NCBI GenBank assembly: GCA_000165425.1 | Contig: CT868163.1 | Coordinates: 434,001-498,000, forward strand | Length of the DNA stretch: 64,000 nt | Direction: 5' to 3' | Source: Paramecium tetraurelia | Lineage: Eukaryota | Part shown: positions 54,371-64,000 of the stretch, in pieces | Layout: each line of letters starts with the position of its first letter | Position numbering within the stretch: position 1 is the first letter of the stretch | Made by a program: the position numbers and the translations under genes | Notes under the pieces: model-generated | Told to the model about the DNA's origin: nothing | Database searches by the model: none | Seen by the model: only the letters and a program-made list of their open reading frames with translations

Positions 54371-55794
54371 ATGATCAATCAAGTCTGTGATTATCATCCT
54401 GAACAAAGAATTACTATTTTGTGTTTATACAATTCATGTTCAGAGGATCGTCTAGGATGCTAGAAGTGTCTTCTCTCATTGCACAAGTCACACATCAAAA
54501 GTTGTGTTTTGATATCAGAAATCTAAAAGAAATAAAATTGCGTCGAATTATTTGCTAATACTCAAAATGAGTAATAAATTATCAAGTTTTCAGAGGATGA
54601 ATTAGTTCATAAGGACAAACTCAATAAAATCACAACTCAATTGCAATAATCTTTAAAAGGTTGTTTAAACATATATTAGATATTTAGGATATCTAAAGCA
54701 AATCAAATTGGATCTTTTGGAGCAAGAATCCAAACAAAAAACAATTTAAATGAAGCATAATAAAGAAATCTTAAATTCTTACTTCAATTCTTACGAGTTT
54801 GAGAAATTAAAGGAGTAATTAACCAAATTCAAAACTGGTTAATCAACAGAAGAACAAGTATGATTGTCCTGACTATTAGATAAATGATTTTATATCTCAA
54901 ATAATAAAGGATAGACAAAATTTATAGAATGTTTGCCAGAATCAATTAGTCCAGGGATCCAAACAGAATGGATTGACCTTAGAATTTAAGGATATGGTGG
55001 TGACAGAAGTCTGCAATTCATTGGAGTCTATCAAAAACTTTATGAGAAAGGATGATTGTAAATACTATATCAATATTTTAATAGCAATCTTTTTCTATAA
55101 ATCCCAACTATCACAAGAAGAAGATGCCAATATCCAAGAGACTATTAAGGGGAAATAGTTTATATTCAATGATTAAGATGAAGTGCAATTGATTTATGGA
55201 TCATGCACACTCTCAAAAGGAATTTATGAATTCCAAATTGCTATCGAATATCTACAAAGTGAGTAGTAGAAACAAGAGGAGTAATAGGAGGGACTGGCAT
55301 CCATTGTGAATAATTCCCCTCAATTGTATAATCCTTACTCTTAACATACTATTGGTGGACACATCAGCAATTCTGGGATATTTACACAATAGGAATATCA
55401 ACACTTGCATAGAGTTTACATCGGAGTAGTGGAGGATTTGGTAAAGGATCAAATGGCCACCTATTCCATAATGTATCAGACACAGTAGTGTTGTGCTGTC
55501 GACATTGTGAGAGGAGCAGCCATCGGATCATTTCATATGAAACAATAATTAGGCGAAAAGATAGAACCAATCTAGTCTTTGTTTCATAAAAATATGAAGA
55601 AGGGATTGGTTCTGGCATTCAAAATCAATTTAGATGAAAAGTACTATTAGCTATTATAAAATATTAGCAAACTCATTTTGACAGATAGTGAAGGCAAAAC
55701 TAGGTATGAAGGACAATTGTACACCATGACAGGAGACAATATTAAACCTTATATCTTAATTTACAAGAGCAATGTTAAAGTAACGATTAATTGA
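54371..55794 (+). CDS. B-box-like zinc finger, coiled coil and SPRY-like C-terminal domain
   Basis: CDYH..ILCLYNSC..GCQKCLLSLHKSH; C-term LSKGIYEFQIAI, VYIGVV, LAFKINLDEK, IKPYILI. Confidence 0.6.
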
Positions 55795-55830
55795 GTTTAA
55801 AAATATTTTTTATTTAATCGAGCATCTGAC

Positions 55831-57008
55831 ATGAATTTTGAAGAGGATAATCGAAGAAAGGAAATCTAAATATATGACAAACAGTGTAAGGTTTGGTATG
55901 AGTTCTTGAAGGAACAAGCCAACAAAATTAACAACTATTTGAATGATACAAAAAGTGGATTAGATAGCTACAAGCTGAATTTGGAGGAGAGATTAAAAGA
56001 GCTTGATGAATAATATGACTCTCATTATGAAATCTTGGATTCACTCCAAGAATAGATCTCTACTATTGAATATTATTAAGAAGTTTAAGAGGTATTCAAT
56101 TTATTTATTGTACTCTAGTAAGAGATTGAAGCATACCAGAATGCCATCGATTCTGCTCAAGATGAGAAGGATAAGTATTCCAGAGAAACATTACAAAAGG
56201 AGAAAGAGGAATTGATAACTTTGATTTGTGAAATGAAACACAGTAAAATTGAAGATTGGCTTAAAACAATTAAGAAGGATCTTCCAGACGGCGATTTGAA
56301 GGATATTTTGAAGACTTGTTATCGTCTCTTTTATGGAGCTAAGACATTTTCGTTGGAAGAATTCATTGAAAATGTTTTGTCAAAGGGAGAATCTAAAACA
56401 GAGGTTGAAGCTCCAGCAAATTGGATTAAAGTATCTTATTAAACTATCAAAAGGAAAAAGGATTACAATAACAAGGGAATGAGAAACTTAAATTTAAGTT
56501 GTCTTCCTTCCTAGCCAAATTTGCTATATATAATAGACAAGAATTAAACAAAGACAGTCGTTAAATGCTCAAACAATTACTTGATTCATAATCATAAAGA
56601 TAGAAATAGACAGCAGAAATTAAATTCCTCGTATCATTATTAGAAAAAGTATTCTTATCAGTTTAAAAATAGTTTAACAATTGGGACAATGCTAGTTCTG
56701 AAAATGATAAACTTGAACAAAATATCAAAGAATTAGAGTAAACCTTAGAAGAAAAACAGAACTCGCCAGAGTATATTCAATAACAAAACCATCTCCATTT
56801 TCTTTAAAAAGAGCGAGAATTTACAAATGAAATGATAGAAAAAATTACTAATGCTAGACAATCCTTAGAAGAACTGCTATCAAGTTTCTCAAAATATGAA
56901 GAATATCAATAATAACAAGTTGATGAAATGCAAAGGACTGTAGAATTTAATTCCAGAAATGATGAATTAGAAGGTCTATACGTAAAGGAATAAATTGAAT
57001 AAAAATGA
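55831..57008 (+). CDS. Hypothetical coiled-coil protein
   Basis: ATG 55831 (MNFEEDNRRKEIQ), tiny introns, TGA at 57006-57008. Confidence 0.65.
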
Positions 57009-57383
57009 TTTAATTTATATCTTAAATAATAAACAAAATAAAATAATATTATTTATATTTCTAATATTGTTAATAAGTTGTCTTTTTTAAAGATATTTAT
57101 TAAAATATTTATTATTAATCTATTATAATTCTTTATTGAATTCTGAAAAAACAGTTACACAATAAGGTTGGTCTCCTCATTATTTTGGTTGATTTATGTA
57201 AAACCTTTAATGATAAATATATCTTCATTATAATTACTAAATGTTGTTAAATATAACGTAGGCTTCTTGAAATGGTAACGAATCTTGTATGGTTAGGTGG
57301 ACATTTTTTAAATGATCAATTTTCAGCCAATCAAACCGGGCATAGTATAAAGCTTTGAAGACTTCAATTACTGAAATGCAAGA

Positions 57384-59146
57384 ATGAGTATAGAATATAA
57401 TTAAAAAGATTAATGTCGAGTGATTACGAATAGTATTATATTGTTTCTACCTGATAGGGAGTTCTACAATGTAAGCCAGGCAACTCTTACCCCAAGGTTG
57501 CAGGAGGCCTGTCGAAGGGAAGGCATTCATCCTAATGAATTATTTAAGAAGACGAGGGATTAAGTGGTGCAACTAATCAAGCAACGCGATACAGTGGGTG
57601 CATAAATTACAGAAGACATGGTGACGGAGATTGAGAAACATTTGGAAGATAAGCGAAAGAGAAGAATCAATATTGTCAGATCCTAAAGATAAAAAATACT
57701 ATAGGAGGACAACAATGTTAGTAGGAATTCAAACCACATCTCCAATTTAAACCTGTCGACTATGAGCTTTGCTGATAAACAATAAAAAATGCTTGAAAAT
57801 ATAAAAAGGAGATAGTAGATGGAAATTGAGAAAATGGTTGAATAGGAGTAACTTAAAGAGAGGAAGAGCCATATAGCACTTCAAAAAATGTTAAAATAGC
57901 AAGAGAAGGAGAAACAATACCAAGATGAATTACAAAGGAAACGCTAGTAAAATGAACAGTTACGATAAAAATAGGAAATGGAGAGAAAATTGAAGGAGTA
58001 AAGGGAAAAAGAATTGTTGGACTAAAAAGCAAAAGAGAATGATTTGAAAGAATAGAAACGTCGTTAGAAGGAACATGAAAATATGATGAAGTCAAAATGG
58101 GAAGCAGAATAGAGAGAATTGGACAGAAAGAAAAAATAGGAACAAATGCAAAGGGAAAATGAATAATTTTAAAATGAATAATAAAGATAATTAGAAATAA
58201 AAAAACAATAATTAGAATAAAAGGAGAAAAAGAGAATCTAAATGATGGAAAGTAGAACTATTGAAAGAAAGACACAGGCTGAAAAAGAAAGAGCTGAATT
58301 AGAAAAGAAATTACAAATGGTTAAATAATATAATGAGAATCTGCTTGAAAAGAAGAGGAACGATTATAGTTTGAAAGAATAGCATGTAGAATAGAAGAGA
58401 AGAGAATTTGAAGAATATCTTGAGAAGGTCAGACTAGAGAAAGCGAGATAAGCAGAAGATAAATAAAAGTAAATCAATAAAATTATGGTAACATATATTT
58501 ATTCTATTATTAACTAGTAAACTAATTAATAGAAAGAGGAAGAGAAAAGATAATAATATGAACAGAAATAATAGGAATATTAAAAGAAAAAAGAAGTTAT
58601 GAATGAGCAACAAAGATAATAGATGGAAGATAAAATGAAAAAATATAGAGATAAGGAATATAAAATATAAATGATTTTATAAAAAAATGAACTTATGTAA
58701 GAATAACAAAAATATGATTTACAAAAGAAATTAGATAGAACATAATAAAAATTATAAGTGCTTGACATAAAGAAAGAAGAAGATCAAAAATAAAGGTATT
58801 AAGTTTAGACTAATATAGAATAACTCTATAAATAATCAAAGATATTGATAAATTTGATAATCTATCTAGGATGGAATAAATAAGCGAGCTGAGAAGGACG
58901 AAGCTTGAGATGAAGCTGTCTAAGGATGATGAAAGAACTGAAATGGTGAGAAGAGAAAGAGAGAATTTGGCAAAACAAGCTGAAATCATTAGAAAGGAAG
59001 CAGAAGAAAAAAGATAATAATTTATCCAAGAATTTGAGAAGAAAAAGAAACTGTAAGTGATAACTCAAGACGGATAAAGAGACAAGCAGGTTTCAGTTAA
59101 TAATAGATCCTAATCATCAGGAATTAACATGAGATAATAATAATGA
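57384..59146 (+). CDS. Long charged coiled-coil protein with TPRLQEACRREGIHPNEL motif
   Basis: Motif near 57480-57545 followed by E/K/Q/R-rich helix; tiny introns; start approximate. Confidence 0.7.
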
Positions 59147-59471
59147 AATCCTTCTTGAAAAAAAATTTTGATTATAAATAATTGCAAAATTTAGATTTGC
59201 ACTTCGCTCATATCAGTGATCTTCAAAATTTAAATAAAACGGTAATAATTGTTTTAAATGTCGTTTTCTTTTTCTCTCAATCTTGTTATAATTAGTAAAA
59301 ATATTATAATTTATTTTGTCATTAAATCTTATAAGTAATAGAAATTTCTAGATAAGTTTTGCATTCCTATGTGAATTAATCAACTTTGTATATTATTTCA
59401 TGAGAACAAATCAAATATTATAATTTAATTATGGTATAATAACTCTATTATGTAATTCAAATTTCTTAAAT

Positions 59472-59923
59472 TCATTATTGCGTAGACTATTTTTTCATAA
59501 TCTCACTAAGAATTTAAGTTCGAGTTTTTTAAAGAATTGTCTCCATTTAGGAGATAATGGTCTTTAACATTTGGCATTATTATAATTTGGCAATATCGTT
59601 AGACATCTTGAATTTAGTCATTCTCTTTTATGATTAGACATCTGTTTCTGTGTCTGACTTCTTGATTTTTTTTGATTTTCTAACAATTGATTTTTATTTT
59701 TTTTTTGGAGCTTCTTCTTCGTAATTAAATAATAAAACTGGTTCTTCTTGCAAATAACCATCAAAAGTATCATTTTTATCAATCTCAATATTAGAGCTTT
59801 AATCATACCCATAGTCTTGCTCTTCATTCTCTTAAATCTATACCTATTCCTCCAAAGCTTTCATAGATATTAATCAATACCCTCATCATTTTGATCTTCA
59901 AAGTCAATAGCATAGAAATTCAT
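59472..59923 (-). CDS. Small hypothetical protein (acidic N-terminus, basic middle)
   Basis: MNFYAIDFEDQNDE / ALEEQVQIQENEEQDYGY...KKKQKSIVRKSKKIKK...; one 23-nt intron. Confidence 0.6.
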
Positions 59924-60232
59924 AAGTTTAAGATATTGGAAATTATAAATAATATTGTGATTTTTTTCATTCAAATCTACGATAAATATTACAGTTAAAC
60001 CTAAATAATTGGAATTCCAATTTAAAAATATACGTAGCATTTTATGAACTATTTTCATTTCATTATAAACAATTAATATTCTAGTTATAGTGATCCACTC
60101 ATAAAACTACATTTGAGAATAGTGATCCTCTTATGTAAGTAGAAATACATTAATAGATCAATGATTATTTGAATATCAAAATGAGATAGGTTAATATATT
60201 ATGAGTAAACTAGAATTAATAATATTAATATT

Positions 60233-62058
60233 ATGATATCAGATGACATATATTGGGTACCTCAAGGAGTCAAGGTTGATTGCACAATCGACGATTTAAT
60301 CCAACCCAAAGTGATAAATTTTGCTCCCTTCTAATTTGATTTTAATCAAATAGCTAAACCAATAGAAGAGAAGAAGGAGAAAAATATTGAAGATGAAATT
60401 TTGGAATTATTGGGAATTACTGAAAAAGATTTGTTATTGGAATCAGCACTTTAAACTTATGATCATAAATTATACGTAGAGGAATTAATTTAAGAAGCTT
60501 TACAAGATAAATAACAATAAATACAATATTCACCATAACAAAAATCTAACTCGTTTAACAGTTCATTTAAAACATTGTATGAACGATAATATTTGTCTTA
60601 TGCAGACAGCACCTTTAATTTTGAAGAAGAAATTAACTTTAAAACTCCAGATCTGGCCTCTTTAAAAATTTTAGTGGAATAGTATTGTAATGATAAAGAA
60701 GACCTTGAGGATTTGGAATAGTATTTGGCGAATAATCAATAAAGTAAAATAATTCACAAATTTTCCCAATTAAGAGGTTAAGCAAGATAATTGGTTTTCA
60801 ATTATATAGATTTACAATAAAAAGATAATTAATTTATTGAGATTCTTTCCTAAAAGTTGAAAGAACTTTCTCTTATCAATTCAGTCAAGACAGAATATTT
60901 ACTTGACTATTTTAATAAGGATTAATTGAGGAACATATTAGACAATCAAATACCAATAGTGAGATTTAAAATACTATAAAGTCTAAAAAAAGATGATAAG
61001 TTGATGATTGAATATTTTGAGTTGATATGTTAATTGCATCCTGATCAGGTTATAACAGAACTATAGAAGGGAGGTTATCCTTAAGATGAATGTCTAAAGC
61101 TGTGTAGATACTATGGTAATTTGAAAGGTTTAGCCTATTTATTGGAGAGAAGTGGATCAGTATTGGAGGCAATTAATTTATAATTCGACGTAATTGTAAT
61201 ATTAGATTATTTAGTTATTTATTTAAGGGTTAAAGTAATAATTGCAAAAGAATCCATAATTAATAGAAGGATAGAAGGATTTATATACTTATATTTCTGA
61301 GACCTTAGAACCTACTTTGAGTATTTGTAGAGCAAACACTAAAAGAAATGATGATGAGAGTGATGTATAATAATTAGAAATATTAAATAGAACAATTGGT
61401 TTTAGGTTTTAATTAGATTGACAAAATTAAGGTAAGAATTCTACAAAATTCGATTCTTTCCTGCTTTAAGATGTTTTAACTCGCATTTTACAAGGTTGTT
61501 AGAAGAGGTTTTGGAGAAAACGAAAATCAAAAGTTTGCTTGAAGTAATGTGTAATAAATTTATTTATTGTAGAATTTAAATGAGACTATGAAATATTTTG
61601 AGTTCCAAGAACTGAAGTCAACATTTTCTTAACTTCTTTCGGGTTAACTATATGAATTAGCTATTTATGGTTAATCCACAATGCTTATAAAGCAAACCTG
61701 TAATAAGTATTTGAATTCTTTGTATAACTAATTGCAATCAGGAATCTCAGTTGATATTTATTGCACTCATTGTTAGAAACTAATAGAAATGGCCTCTAAA
61801 GTATATATTGATTGCAAACATACATTTCACATTGAATGTTCTTCAGAACAACTTTGTAAGGCGTGCATAAATAACTTTGGAATTTTAATCAATAAGTTAT
61901 TGACTCTATACACCAACAGGAAGAGTACAAGAATGCAAGTACCTATCTAAACAGTTGAATCTAATCAACAAAAGGAGGAGGACATAAATTAAAGACAAAG
62001 TAAATTAAATAAATTAAGGGAGTTTGATTATTTAAGATAAACTAATAAAGGGTATTGA
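60233..62058 (+). CDS. Vps8/Vps41-type alpha-solenoid (CHCR) plus RING protein, apparently lacking the beta-propeller
   Basis: EYFELICQLHPDQVITELQKGGYPQDECLKLC..LAYLLERSG..EAI; RING CTHC..DCKHTFHIEC..LCKAC. Confidence 0.7.
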
Positions 62059-62070
62059 TTTATAAATCAT

Positions 62071-62598
62071 TCAGAAATTGAAAATTTAAGTAATTCTATT
62101 TTAGATTATTCTATCATAAAAGCCATCTTTTGTAAAAATATCTGATTAAAATTAAGATTCTGATTTTGGTTAATAATCCTTCATAGATCTGAATATCATC
62201 TATTTGGATCTAAGTTGAAGATTATCATCTTAAGGTTGAATTAAAGTTTCAGAGTTTTTTTAGATATGTTTTTATTTTTCTGATTCTCTAAATTACTAGA
62301 TTAAACTATCAATGGATTCTTTGTTTAATTTGCTATTATGAAGTTTATGGCCATTATTAATAGATTACTACACTAATTCAAGATATCTATTGACGTTTGC
62401 TTATTTTAATGGAGTTGGAATGATGAAATTAGTTTGAATGTTTTATTGCTTTAATTTTTAGTAACCTCTTAATTGTTCATAAGCCCCTTCACTTATATAT
62501 ACTTCAACTTTCATTTTCTTTTTATCATTTTATTTTTTCAATTTTTCTTCAGGAGATTAGAGTGATTCCTACACATTAAATAAATCATCTTTATCCAT
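62071..62598 (-). CDS. Hypothetical protein (175 aa)
   Basis: Intronless code-6 ORF MDKDDLFNVQ...RITQIFNF*. Confidence 0.6.
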
Positions 62599-62681
62599 AA
62601 ATATATTTTAATATTAAAGAATTAGATTATTTTTGTACTATTTTCTATAAATTATCTTCTATTTTATAATACATCATTAAT

Positions 62682-63036
62682 ATGAATTAATAATTAATTA
62701 TTAAGAATATTCTATGTATCATTCATAATAAATTTACAAGTAAATGATTACTATGAAAACTTAGAATATTTGATAATATTATAACTGTACCCATAAGGTG
62801 TAAGCAACTTTGAAGGTTTGCAATTATGCAATTAAACCAACTTATCATAATTTTCAATCCTTAATGTTAAAAGCCCTTAAATCAATTTAATTTTCAACTC
62901 AATGCTTATAAATTATAAAATGTTCCAGAATTATGACATATCAAATAGGAATTCATTCCAATCTAAATTTGAAATTTCAATTTTCTCTAATTAATTGAAA
63001 GATACATTAATAAGATTATTCTTCATAGAGCAATGA
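62682..63036 (+). CDS. Small hypothetical protein
   Basis: Frame opens after removing one 25-nt GT..AG intron; no motif recognised. Confidence 0.4.
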
Positions 63037-63155
63037 TTTCATTTAAGAATAATCTACTTTGGAATTAGCTCAATAGACCTATCTTGATGAGTATGCGAAC
63101 CCCTCTAAAATCTTTTTTTAATTGCAATTAGAAATCTAATAATTATTTTATAAAA

Positions 63156-63908
63156 ATGTCTAATGACTTAGGAGTTTAGAAAAAAAAACATAAATACATT
63201 GATTCTGAAGAGGAAGAGCAATAGCAATAATAGCCTGTGTAATAACCATAAGAATAATCTCCAATTGCATAAACAATCACAGTTGATAATCAGAAATGGA
63301 AATACTTATTTGAACCTGATTCTTCTGAGTAATAGGAAGGTATTAATTTGAAATCTATTATGAAGAAAAGAAAGTTAAAAAAATTCCGAATCCATAAATC
63401 ACCAAATAAAAATAGCCTGAACAAAGAGTTAAGTAAATTAAATCAAATCCTGACACAGATGATTTGAGATATGAAATTTTGACTAGATGGTGGTATTGCT
63501 TTGATTAATGGCCACCTTCCGATTTTGATTATGAAGAAGCCTTGAACAAATATAAATTAAGGAAGGTTGATTTGTCAGTTTTTAAAAGGGAATCTGAGAT
63601 GAATGGTCAAGGCTTTAGAAAGGTTTATGAAGTTAATGGATATAAAGGTGTATTTAGGACTTCTGCTGTACATATACCAAATTTATTGATAGGGTGATAC
63701 TCTAGATCTTAGACCAAAGGAGGGTTGTCCATCCTTTGAATAAATCTCAAAGATTAATTCAAAAAACTTGCCCAAAATATTAATAAAAGGCTTGAAAGCT
63801 TAATTGGAAGACTTAATTAAGTATGAGCCTAACAATAAATAATTAAAAAAAAATTTAGAACACTAATTAGCATAAATTTAAAATTAATATCGAAAATAGA
63901 TGGAGTGA
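63156..63908 (+). CDS. Hypothetical protein with a compact RWWY...WPP domain
   Basis: ILTRWWYCFDQWPPSDFDYEEAL..LRKV..KVYEVNGYKGVFR..GDTLDLRPKEGCPSF; two tiny introns. Confidence 0.7.
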
Positions 63909-64000
63909 TAATTGTGATTTAGATTTTATGTAGAAGTAGTGAAACAATAAAACAATAAATAAATTATCTTATTATTCATATGCATGATCTAGTTCGTAGT

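Noticed and set aside
1..64000. Prokaryotic or viral systems (CRISPR, operons, IS elements), transposons, telomeric repeats, rRNA/tRNA
   Set aside because: No repeat-spacer array, transposase or RT motif, C4A2/C3A3 tract, or cloverleaf/rRNA-like GC-rich stretch was seen; content is ordinary intron-containing nuclear genes.

Overview
AT-rich, gene-dense eukaryotic DNA that reads as a ciliate somatic (macronuclear) chromosome, most likely Paramecium. Long reading frames open only when TAA/TAG are read as Gln and TGA is the sole stop (code 6). Genes are split by tiny GT..AG introns of about 20-30 nt, and many spacers are under 150 nt. The supplied standard-code ORF track therefore shows only fragments and antisense artefacts. 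Re-translating by eye gives about 40 protein-coding genes. Recognisable ones: AGC kinase, MDC1-like FHA/BRCT protein, SAS-4/CENP-J, type II PI4K, two-repeat Myb, Sin3, TTLL9, MORN protein, Cdc14, PP2C, TBC1D20-like RabGAP, Fab1/PIKfyve, two CNBD-type cation channels, a compact BRCA2, Cks1, SURF1 and a truncated Vps8-like protein. Most notable: a ~572-aa single-BRC BRCA2 whose stop codon overlaps the first ATG of the next gene; a channel with degenerate filter, S4 and CNBD; an MDC1-like scaffold; and several apparently dead enzymes. No RNA genes, mobile elements, CRISPR arrays or telomeric repeats could be supported. All gene models are manual, so boundaries may be off by some codons, and family calls come from remembered motifs rather than database searches.
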